Shown piece by piece: positions 48,021-59,640 of a stretch of DNA of 64,000 bases (positions are counted from its first letter, which is position 1; every line of letters begins with the position of its first letter). Origin of the DNA: the human T2T-CHM13v2.0 reference genome, Homo sapiens; assembly GCA_009914755.4 (NCBI GenBank), contig CP068257.2:14944001-15008000 (forward strand), read 5' to 3'. The notes below the pieces were generated by a model that did not search any database, had not been told where the DNA came from, and worked only from the letters and a program-made list of their open reading frames with translations. The position numbers were made by a program, and so were the translations under genes.

Positions 48021-48200
48021 CAGTGATTCTTAAAGTGTGGTCCCCGGACCAGCATATTGTCACCTGGGAAATTGTTAGTGATGTAGAGTCTTGGGCCAAA
48101 CCTCAGACCCATTGAATCAGAAAATCTGGGGATGATGGCCAGCAATTTGTATTTTAATAACAAGGTGATTCTCTTGCGTGATAAAGTTTTCAAACAGTTG
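48021..48200 (+). mobile_element. MER5A (hAT-Charlie non-autonomous DNA transposon)
   Basis: Reads cagtgattcttaaagtgtggtccccggaccagcat...cacctgggaaattgttagtgatgtagagtcttgggccaaacctcagacccattgaatcagaaaatctggggatgatggccagcaatttgtattttaataacaaggtgattctcttgcgtgataaagttttcaaacagttg. This is a near-complete match to the MER5A consensus as recalled. Confidence 0.8.
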
Positions 48201-48789
48201 ACAAGAAAGGTCAAAGCCTGGAGAATATCTTGGTCGAGGACTTCCTAAAACCTTCTATCTCATTACCCCAATATACTTTCCTCATGCCTTTTTAATTGCT
48301 ATTTCACTAGAGTTTTTACTTCTCTCGGGAGCTCATCCTATTTAACCGGGTTTTTAGTTTTACAATTTCATGCCCACTCTGCGTGGATCTATTGTCAGGT
48401 TCTCACTTTTCTTGATAGTTTTCTTGGAAAATTAAAAGATCAAGCCAACTGGATTTTTATTATTTCAACTGCCATTATATCTTCTTCAGGGTGTTTTAAA
48501 ATTATCATATACTTGCTCCCCCCTCCCAACCCCTTTACCATCTTGTTGATTTCAGACTAGTATTTAAATCATATTTCCTAGACAGGCAACTTATGCCATT
48601 GTGAGATACAAAATAGTTCATATAACATAGCAAGGGGATATCATTCTAGAATTAAACTCATGTTACAGAAATTTCATCACGAAGGTAAAACACATTTGTA
48701 TAAATTGAACTTTGACTATATTTGCATCACAAGCAGTAGACCAAGACAGACACTGTTTAATCATTTAGAGCATCAGCTATAAAGTCAGA

Positions 48790-48900
48790 CTTCCTGAGTT
48801 CAGATATAACCCACCACTTGCTGATTATGTGACCTTGGGCAAACCCTCTGTGCCTCAGTTTCTTTTTCTGCCCGAATAAGGAAAATGCTCAGTAAATTTT
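48790..48900 (+). mobile_element. MIR SINE core fragment
   Basis: Reads ...ttgctgattatgtgaccttgggcaaaccctctgtgcctcagtttctttttctgcccgaataagg, which is the MIR core tgtgaccttgggcaa.t.acttaacctctctgagcctcagtttcc. Confidence 0.6.
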
Positions 48901-49918
48901 AGTTAATGCTACAGCTTTTGAGGCAACATCCTGAGAAAGATGCCCACACGTAATAGCAAGGCAAGGTTTGTCTAAACTAAAATCCTGTCTCTGTGAACAC
49001 ACATAAAGGCTCATATTTTGAAGACAAAGAGAATTGGTTGAGAATGATTAAACCTATACTGGTAAATGAAAATAACAAACAGTTCTTATAAAACTTGCAG
49101 TATGTACTCAAACTTAACATAACTTTAATTAATATGCTATCAGATTTAGTTTAGTTCACATTAACCCAAGCCCAGAGACTTACACCAATTTTAGTTAAGA
49201 TAATAGTCTCTGTTTTTTCTAATCTAGTCTCTTTTTATTTGACTAGAAGTTCTTACTTTCCTTTTCTGAGGGCCTAATTCTCTTCTAAGTCCACTAACTC
49301 AGATGTTATCATCATGTTTATAAATGGATCAGTCCCAGGTGTTGTTACTTCCATGCCTGTGAGCACATATTATCGTTTGTAAAAAAAAAAGTTCTAAAGT
49401 TTTTAAATAGCTAAAAATTCATGTTAAAATTCTTGCTATACAGCAGCCCAGAAGAGGTATGGCTTTTCTCCACTATGGCTATGATGCCTGCCAGGAATTA
49501 TTAGTTGTTCCAGTAATGTCCCTAATACCTGTCTGAATAATCTTTGGGTGACTGGGTATAGAATTTTACACTCTATAGCATACTGGCTAAATTTGCTTCT
49601 TCACAGTTATACCCATCATATACTGTCTGGTCTTAAAAATTCACTTACATATTACATGTATACCTGCATTTGCTTATTTAAAAACTATTAAATATCAGGT
49701 ACTGTTCTAGGCATCAAAAACACAAGGTTTACTTAAGTCCCTGCCATTATGATGCTTACATTAACAGTGAAATAAACTGTAATCATTCTAGAAGGCAGAA
49801 ACCGAAAGTTTTCTTGTCTGCCTTTTTCTTAGTAGAGTGCTGGAAACATAAGTAGGTGCTTAATAAAGACTCCTGGATTATTAAAATGCATACTATACTT
49901 AAAATGTTAGGAACTTAT

Positions 49919-50220
49919 GGCCGGGCACAGTGGCTCACACCTGTAATCCCAGCACCTTGGGAGGCCAAGACGGGCGATTCACGAGGTCAGGAGATCGAGA
50001 CCATCCTGGCTAACAAGGAGAAACCCGGTCTCTACTAAAAATACAAAAAATTAGCCGGGCTTGGTGGCGGGCCCCTGTAGTCCCAGCTACTCGGGAGGCT
50101 AGGCAGGAGGATGGCATGAACCTGGGAGGCGGAGCTTGCAGTGAGCCGAGATCGCACCACTGCACTCCAGCCTGGGCGACAGAGTGAGACTCCATCTCAA
50201 AAAAAAAAAAAAGAAAAAAA
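49919..50220 (+). mobile_element. Full-length AluY-like SINE
   Basis: Starts ggccgggcacagtggctcacacctgtaatcc and contains ...gagatcgagaccatcctggctaaca.gg.gaaaccc.gtctctactaaaaatacaaaaaattagccgggc...; ends in a poly(A). TSD ttaggaactt at 49907-49916 and 50225-50234. Confidence 0.95.
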
Positions 50221-50439
50221 TATATTAGGAACTTCTGAGGAGCCTAGTTGAAGAAGGAAGCTCAGCAAATGCAGGCTTATGGAGTGGAAGATTATTTGAG
50301 CAGCAAATCACTTTAGAGAATACCTAGTAGAACTGCTTACTTTTTAGGTGAAATAACAGAAAATACCTGTTGTTTTAGTAAGGGAGAGACCACCCTTCAT
50401 ATTGTCTTATGCCCAATTTCTGCCTCCAAAGAAAGAAGA

Positions 50440-50845
50440 AGTAAAAACTAACAGGCAGAAATGAAATCCACAAGCATACAGCCCTGCGCCACACCCTGGG
50501 CCTGGTAGTTAAAGATCCACCCCTGACCTAATCGGTTATGTTATCTATAGATTGCAGACATTGTATAGAAAAGCACTGTGAAAATCCCTGTCCTGTTCTG
50601 TTCCATTCTAATTACCAGTGCATGCAGCCTCCAGTCACGTACCCCCTGCTTACTCAATCGATCATGATCTTCTCACGTGGACCCCTTAGAGTGGTAAGCC
50701 CTTAAGAGGGACAGGAATTGCTGACTCGGGGAGCTCAGTTGTTGGAGAAGTGAGTCTTGCCGAAGCTCCTGGCCAAATAAAGCCCTTCCTTCTTTAACTC
50801 GGTGTCTGACGGGTTTTGTCTGCGGCTTGTCCTGCTATATTAGCA
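50440..50845 (+). mobile_element. Unclassified ERV-type solo LTR, probably ERV1-class (U3-R-U5 with AATAAA)
   Basis: Reads ...cctgcttactcaatcgatcatgatcttctcacgtggaccccttagagtggtaagcccttaagagggacaggaattgctgactcggggagctc...gccgaagctcctggccaaATAAAgcccttccttctttaactcggtgtctgacgggttttgtctgcggcttgtcctgcta. The polyadenylation signal and R/U5-like end are typical of ERV LTRs. I cannot name the family. Confidence 0.45.
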
Positions 50846-52269
50846 ATTAAAAATTAACTGTACCATACAGTCAGTTGACTATACCATACAGTGTACCAAC
50901 AGTATACCCCCCTGCCCCCTGCTGACATAGTGAAGACTTGTGGGAAGTATCAGAAAGAGAACTGGAATTAAGGAGGAAAATCAAGATTTGTGACTTTAGC
51001 CAAATGTCTTGGGTTCACGAAACCCACATAAAATGGCTCATTTTGGGGGATATTGTGAGAATTAAAGGAATAGAATATTTGAAAACACTTTGGTACATTT
51101 TTCTAGGCAGAACAGAATTGAGTTTTGGGGAGGGTGTCTTGAGTTAAAGATGGTGATGAAAATAATGAGTCATTGAAATAGAAGGAAACATCCTAATTTA
51201 CAGTCATTAAGGACTGCCATGAAATTCCACCCCATGAAAATCTGAAATGGGTATATATACCTTCAGGAATGTGTAGCTTGATCATCAAGAGATTCAAGTA
51301 TACTGCCACAACACACTTATAGTTTAGACCATGATCGTGTGGTAGAGACAGTTAAAAATATTTAATCTCTCTTATTCTCAAATAATGAGTATAGGAAACA
51401 AATAAGAATTTAAATATTTCTGAAGATCATCATGAAAATGTCTAGCATATTTTGTAAACAACAATTTCTTGGATTATTAGATACTTTGCTGTTTGCTTTT
51501 CAGTAGGCACAAACATATTGTGAGATGTTCTGTATTTATGAAGTTACAATAAACTGTGAAAATAACAGAATGCATTCTGGGTAAGCTAAAGCAGTAGTCC
51601 AGATATTTCATTAAAATTCAGATCCATACTTTGGGTTGTATTCTTATTCAAAAATATTTTTAAAAATATTATTGTAAGTATGTTTCTTATCGCCAATTTT
51701 TAATTTTCATTTGTAGGTTGTGGAAAATGCACTAGAATCAACAAACATGGGGACTAATTCAACTCGGATATCATGTCTTCAGAGAAGTTTCTCCTGCCCT
51801 CCTCTCCCTGTAGAATTAAGTATTCTTCCACTGTGCCACCCTCTAACTTGTGCTCATATCTTCCTCTATTGTAGTTATGTGTTCACATCCCTGTTGTTTT
51901 TGTACCGGCTTCTCCCAAAGGGAGACATTTAGTCTTATTCTTCTTGGTAACTTTAGCACAGACCTGGCAGATTGTTGACACTCAACAAATGTTTATTGAC
52001 TCAAATGCATTCAGTTGAACATTGACCTTTGATCAACTCTGGGAAAAGTCTGCAAAGCTAGTTAGGACATTCAGAAATTCATTTCATTTCAATCCTAACT
52101 AAATAAATTATTGAAGTCTCAGAACTTCTCAGTACTTGATTTAGACACATAGAAACTTGGGTAAATAACACCTATATTGTTATATTCCTCAAGAAAAAGT
52201 TTATCTTTTCATGAAATGAATCTACTGAGGATATTTATAGAAACTGAATGTAAGTGAGCAGAATAAAGT

Positions 52270-52270
52270 G

Positions 52271-52299
<29 letters not shown>
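52270..52299. repeat. (GT)n microsatellite, about 14 units
   Basis: Sequence is gtgtgtgtgtgtgtgtgtgtgtgtgtgtat. Confidence 0.9.
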
Positions 52300-52302
<3 letters not shown>

Positions 52303-52373
52303 AATTTGAAGAGTAGGTGGGAGAAGGTTGTGATAGGATAGCAGATCTTGTTTATGATAGTCACCAGCTATAA

Positions 52374-52724
<351 letters not shown>

Positions 52725-52908
52725 TAATGTCTGTGTCAATTAAATAGAAATGTATCAAGTTAAAAACCTTGCCTCGGTAGCTTCCAGTGCAAATAAAGGT
52801 ACCCATGCCACCCCATTCTGGCCAGCAGTAAAATTGATGGAAGCCTCTGGTTGGGGCTTCAAGGAAAGCTTTATCAAAAGATAAACTCACTGGCTTTGTC
52901 CCTTAGTT

Positions 52909-53256
52909 CAGTGGTCCCCAACCTTTTTGGCACCAAGAGACCAGTTTTGTGGAAGACAATTTTTTCCATGGACCAGGAGGGTTCCGGGGGATGGTTTTGG
53001 GATGAAAATGTTTCACCTTAGATATCATCGGGCATTCAATTCTCATAAGGAGCCTGCAACCTAGACCTCTCACATGTGCAGTTCACAATAGGGTTCATGC
53101 TCCTATGAGAATCTAATGCCACTGCTGATCTGACAGGAGGCAGAGCTCAGGCAGTAATGCTCACTAGTTCCGTTGCTCGCCTCCTGCTGTGCAGCCCAGT
53201 TCCTAACAGGACACAGACCAGTACTGGTTCGCAACCCAGGGTTTGGGGGCCCCTGT
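52909..53256. mobile_element. Non-autonomous TIR DNA transposon (MITE-like, hAT-type, ~348 bp) with an 8-bp TSD
   Basis: The termini are cagtggtccccaacc... and ...ggtttgggggcccctg, an imperfect terminal inverted repeat. The flanking direct repeat is ccttagtt (52901-52908) and tcttagtt (53257-53264). The interior (ctcataaggagc...ctatgagaatctaatgcc..gctgatctgacaggagg) matches a common mammalian palindromic MER-type element as recalled. Confidence 0.65.
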
Positions 53257-54580
53257 CTTAGTTCCTTTGCCTTCCTTCCAGATGGATGCCTGGAGGAACA
53301 ATCATCCCGCAATTGTGAAAATTGAAGCCATATTTTAAAGTTGGTTTCAATTGTAATACAGAAGAAATCTGGACCTTGATGACATTTGAGCTAGAGTACT
53401 AATCTTGATCTTCCTATTCATGAGCTTGTTGCAAGAGACAAGACTTTTACTGATTTAACTCATTGTTGGGATTTCTTGGAACTAAACACAGTCATAATAC
53501 ATTTTTTCCTTCCCAGGAAAATGGTAGAGCATGACTTTTCAAATCTAATAAAACTCATGTGTAGCTAAAACCACTCTACTGAAACAATTCCATCTCAGCC
53601 CATGGTACAAGGGATTTTCCTGAATGAAAAATGGTGTCTGATCATTTTGTTGGTTTCTTTGTTGGTTTTTCCTGAAACTTAGGGTTAAAGAATCCAGGAA
53701 AGTTGTCTTAGATAGAGTTATAATTTCCGTGGACATCAACTGATAAATGCAATTACAGTTTGTATGCCTAGGTTTGGCAAAAATCATATAAGCAACATCC
53801 CTCACATAATATTGTTTTAATTAAATTTTATTTCTTTCTTGGTATGAAACATACTGCAGAAGCACAATCAATGAACATTGGATAGTTTCCTTAAATCTTG
53901 CTCTTTGTCCTATTTATATAATTTATTGTGTCAGTGGTTCTCAAGTGGTATGCTCCTGCAACTCATCATCTGAAAATCCTTCCCAGATGTGCTGAAAAAT
54001 TTTCATTAATTTGTATATTCTATTTTATTTTTATAACTAAGTACACATGCTTGTGACTGGAAGAGAAGACACCCCTCATTTAATCCCAGAGGAATATTTG
54101 GCCTTGATTCATGCCCTGCTCACTCCACCCCATTATTAAGATAGAGATCGCTGAAGAAATCCCTGCTCTATAAATGTAGCTGATCCAAAAACAAAATGGA
54201 AATTCATTATTTTAAATATTTCTACAAGATCTTTGTACAACTCTATTTTTTTTTCCTATTAAGAATTACATGATTCTAGAATAAGTTCCAACCCTAAGTA
54301 TCAACACTGGAACACAATTTTAAAACAGGAGGCGATTATCTCTATAGTGAGATTTAACTACAGAGGTGATAGCTCTGGTTAGTGAATTTCAGGACTAGAA
54401 ATCAGGCCTGCTGTCTCTTAGCTTAGAGGAGGTATAATAAGAAGAGGATTAGAACTACTGTGTATATTAACAAGAAGAACTCTATTATGTTCAGCTATCA
54501 TTATATATGATATTATGTTTCTTTTTATGAACTATAGTTCACTGTCTTTAAGCATAATGTTTGCCCAAGGTGGGGGTGTT

Positions 54581-54628
54581 GGTGTGTGTCTGTGTGTATA
54601 TGCATGTGTGCACATGTGTGTATGTATA
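54581..54628. repeat. Imperfect GT-rich low-complexity tract
   Basis: Sequence is ggtgtgtgtctgtgtgtatatgcatgtgtgcacatgtgtgtatgtata. Confidence 0.55.
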
Positions 54629-56439
54629 GTTGATTCATTCATTCTGACCTACTGAATTTACTGAAGGAATAAGAAGAAATACCTTGAACTGAGGGACCTG
54701 GCTTAGCTCAACATCTGTACCATCTACCTTTGAGTATCCATTCCTTTACTATGAAGCATGGATGCTAAAACTAAAATTGCATTTGCTAAACTACTTTGTA
54801 GCTAGATTCCTGGGTGAGATTAGATTTGGTCAATTAGATGTTCTTGTGTAACATTTAGAAGGTGATAGTAAGGCAAAGGTCATGTGACTGGCTGATTTTA
54901 TTTATGTTCAATGATCTTTATTGGGGTACACTTTATATATAATAATAAATAATGCACACATTTTAAGTGTACAATTTGATGAGTTCTGACAAATTTATAT
55001 GCATGTATAACCAGCATCAATATCAAGATATATAATGATCCCCTCATTCCAGAATAGTCTCTTGTGTTCTTTCCAGCCAATGCCCCACCCCTGGATTCTG
55101 GCAACAATTGATCTGCTTTTTATTACCATGGATTATATTTGTCTTTCCTAGAGATACAAATAAATGAAATAATGTAGTGTGTCCTCTTTAACTTTGGCTT
55201 ATTTCTCTCGGCACACTATTTCTGAAATTTGTCCATACTGTTGATATGGCAGACAGAATTTTAAGATGGTTCCTAAAATTCTTGCCTCCTGGTATGTATA
55301 ATTTTCTCTCGGTTTTCCGCTGAACACTAACCTAGGTGCTATTGTAAAGGGATTTCTCAAGTGTAATTAAAGTCCCTAATAAGTTTATTTTAAGTTAGAA
55401 AAATTTTCCCAGGTGAGCTTGAGCTAAGTGAGTGACCTAAGCAGGTGAGTTGTTAGAAAAAAATTAAGAGATATTTGAAGCGTAGACAAAATTCTGTTGG
55501 CTTTTAAAAGAAAACTTCCATGTGATAGAGAAAGCCAGATGATAGGGAACACAAGGTTACCTCTAAATTGACAACCAGCAAAAAAGCTGAGACTTCAGTC
55601 TTATCATCATAAGGAATTGAATTCTGTCAACAGCCACGTGACCTTAGAGGAGGCCCCTGAGCCGCAGATGAGATCATGGCCCTGGCCAATACCTTAAATT
55701 CATCCTGGTGAGATATGAGCAGAGAACTCAGCTATGCCATGCTCAGATTTCTCACCTGTAGAGCAGTAAATTAATAAGTGAGCATTATTTGAAGCTGCTA
55801 AGTTTGTGGTGATTTGTTACACATCAAGAGAAAACATATGCTGTATATATTATTAGATTTTTCCTTTATATTGGTGGGTGTATTTGTTATCTATTACTTC
55901 CTAACAAATCGACAATAATTAAGTGTCTTAAGACAACACATATTTATTACCTCATAGTTTCTGTGGGTCAGAAATCTGGGCATGGTTTATGTGAGTTCTT
56001 TGATTTAAAGTTGTTGGCAAATCTGTAAACAAGGAAGCAGTCAGGACCGAGGTCTCATCTGAAAGTCAACTTGGGATGGGTCTGCTTCCAGCCTCACTTA
56101 ACATAACAGCTGGCAGGATTCAGTTGCTCTTGGGTAGTTGGATTGATGGCCTCAGATAACTAGGTAGCTATTAGCTAGATTTCACCCTCAGTTTGTTGCC
56201 GTGTGGGCCTCCCTAAGGTGGCAATTTACTTCATCAAAACCAGCAAGGGAGAGAGTTGGCTACAATCTCTAGTAATGTAGCTACAGAAATGACATCCCCT
56301 TAGCAATGAGATATTTTATTAATTAGAAAGAAATTACTCAACAGGAGGGGATTACACAATGTAGTGAATACCAGGAGGCTGAGATCAGAAGGAGCTAGTG
56401 TAGAAGCTGCCTACCACAGTGAGTAGTATTCTATTACAT

Positions 56440-59400
56440 GAATATACCAGAATGTCTGAATCCACCCAACTGGGCATAGACGTTTGTGTTCATTCAAGAT
56501 ACAGACTATTATTATTTTAAAAATAAAAGTTACTATGAACATTTAAGTATAAGCTTTTGTGTGGGCGTGTTTCATTTGTTTTGAATGAAATTGCAGGGTC
56601 GCATAGAAAATGCATATTTAATCTTATAAGAAGCTGCTTAAAATGCTTTGCAATGTGATTTTACCATTTTACACTCCCAACAATGTATAGCAATATATCA
56701 TAGATCTAGTGGTTTCATATCTCCACAAACACTTGATATTGTCACTCAGTTTAATTGTAGCTACTTAAATAGGCTTATAATGGTACTCGTTATGATTTTA
56801 ATATGCATTTCCCTAATGCCTATTAGGGACTAATTATGTTAAGCATCTTTTCATGTATTTGGAGGCCATTTGTGTACCTTCATTTGTAAAATATCTGTTT
56901 AAGTAGCTTGCCCATTTGGATTGCTTTACATTTTATTATAGAGTCATAAGCATCCTTTATATATTCTGAATATAACTCTTTTATCAGACATACATATATA
57001 TCAAATATTTTTTTCTAAGTTTGTGGTTTGTGTTTTTACTTTTTATACTGTTTATTGAATAGTAGATTTTATATTCATTTTATCCATTCTGTTATGATCG
57101 ATATTTTTTGAACTATGAAAATATTGCTATGTAAAAATAAAAAATATATTTTCATCCCGAGTTTCATAATTTTAGCTTTCACTCTTATATCTGTGATTCA
57201 TTCTGAGTTTTCTTGTATAGTTTAAAGTCAGAGTGGGTGTTTGTTTGCTTATTAATATATTTATAGATATTTCTAATTCTTTCTAGCACCATTTATTAAA
57301 AAGTCTCTTTTTTTACCCATTGAATTATTTTTTTTAAATTGTTATGTCTAAAATCAAATTACCAAATACACATTGTCTATTTTGAACTATTTATTCTGTT
57401 TCATTGATTTTTATGTGTTCCTTTACACCAATATCATTGTCTTAATTACTGTAGATTTGTTGGAAATATGGGAGTCAAATTTAAGGATTTCAATTTTGTC
57501 CTTTTATCAAGTTGTTTTGGCTGTTCTAGGTCCTTTGCATTTCCCTATAACATTTGGAATTAGGTTGTCAATATTTCCCCAGAATAAAGCCTGCTGGGAT
57601 TTTGAACAGGATTGCATGGAATCTATAAATCAATTTAGTGAGAATTAATAACATATTAAGTACTCTAATTGATGAACATAGTATCATCTTCCATTTATTT
57701 AGTCTTTGACTTCTCGGAAATGTTTTATAGTTTTCAGTGTGTAGGTCTTGAAGTTTGTAAAATTCTAAGTGTTTTATGGTTTTGACTGTAATTGTAAATA
57801 CCTCCCATTGTTCATTGTTAGTACATAGAAATAAAATAAATTTTGTATTAATTTGTCTCATGCAATCTTCTATACTCACTTCTTTCCAATAGTTTTATGT
57901 GGAATTCTTAGAAGCTTCCACTTACATCATCATGTCATTTGGTAATTAAAACAATTTTACATCCTTTTCTTATATCTGTATGTCTTTTTTTTAATTTTGC
58001 TTTATTGCACTTCAGTACAATGTTGAATAGGAGTGTTAAACACTGATTCTTCCCTTATTCTTAATGCTGAGGAGAAAAGTCTTTCACTTTTAAGTGTGAT
58101 GTTAACTGTAGGTTTTTATAGCTGCCTTTCATCGGATTGAGAATGTTCCTTTTTATCGCTAGTTGACTGAGATGTTTTATCAAAAATGGAATTTTGTCAA
58201 ATGCTTTTTCTGGAATGGTCTGATGGTTCTTCTCCTTTATCCTGTTAACGTGGTGAATTATAATGATCGATATTCAAGTTAAACAGTGCATTCCTGGAAA
58301 AGCCCTATAGGGTTATGATATATTCCCTTTTAAAAGATTTGCAGGATTAATTCGCTAATATTTGTTCAGGATTTTGTGTCTAAATTCATGAGAAATATTT
58401 GTCTATACTTTTCTTGTAATATCATTTTAAATCAGGGAAATGCTGGCCTCATAAAATGAATTAAAGAATGTTCCACTCTCCTATAATTTTCTGGAACAGT
58501 TTGCATAGGACTGGTATTATTTTTCCTTAAAAGTGTGATAAAATTCACCAGTGAAGCCATCTGATCTGAGGATTTCTTTGTGGAATCATTTAAAATTATA
58601 ATTCCAATTTTTAAATTGGAATTTTAAATTGATTTTAACTCAGATTTTCTATTTCTATTTCTTTTTGAGTCAGCTGGGTATTTTTTTTCCGTTTAAGGAA
58701 TTTGTTCATTGAATTTAATTTTTCTAATGTATTGGCTTAAAGTTGGTTATAGTGTGCTCTTCTTGTCCTTTTAATGTTAGCAGAATTTAAATTGATATGT
58801 CCCCCCTTTTTTTTCATTTCTGATATTGTTAACATTTCTTCCCATGCGGACTCAGTGTATTTGTGTTTGTGCTGCTTAGGGTTCATTGTGATTCTGTATA
58901 TTTAAATTTTTCTTAAATTTGAACAAATTGTTCATTTTATCTGCAGATATTCGCTCTGCCACCCCTTCTTCCTGGGCCTTAAATTATACAGCCATTACAT
59001 TGCTCAGTGTTATCTCACAGCTCACAGAAATGCATTTCATTTTTTTTCACTCTTTTTCTCTCTGGGTTTCATTTTAGGTGGTTTTTATTGATAGTCTTCA
59101 AAAATTTACTAATATTTTCTTTTGCAGTAAAGTTTACTAAGAGTTTTTGTCTGCAGTGTCTAATCCTGTGTGGTGAATTTTTCGTGCGAGATATTCTAGT
59201 TTTTATTTCTAGATAATCTAGGTTATTCTGTTTAAATTTCTTCTATCTATTAACATCATGTTTTCTTTACTTAATTGAATAACACTCTAACAGCTATTTT
59301 AATATCCTTGCCTTCTAATTCCATCACCTCTACCATTTATTGTTCTGTTTCTATCGCCTAGTTTGTCTCCTCATTATGTGTCTCATTTTCCTATTTCTTA

Positions 59401-59640
59401 ACATGTTTAATAATTTTTGACTGGATGCTGGATGTGTGAATTTTACTGCAGTGATGGTCAGTCATAGTCATTTTTGTCCTCTGTTGAAACCTAGTAGTGT
59501 GTCGCCTTTGTTCTAGAAGGCAGTTAAGTCACCTGCATTTCATCTTGCTTTTTTTGAGGTTTGTTTTTACTTTTTTTTGGTTATGGCTGCAGCAGCCCAT
59601 ATTCTAGGTATAATCAAACTCCACTACTAAAGATGGATTT
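56440..59640 (-). mobile_element. Old diverged L1 (L1M/L1PB-like) ORF2 region, antisense, about 3.2 kb
   Basis: Reverse-complement L1 hallmarks are present throughout: tttacactcccaacaatgtat, ttttaatatgcatttccctaatg, cagcaccatttattaaaaag, atgctggcctcataaaatgaattaaag, ttcaccagtgaagccatctgatctgagg. Divergence appears to be about 15-25%. Confidence 0.8.
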
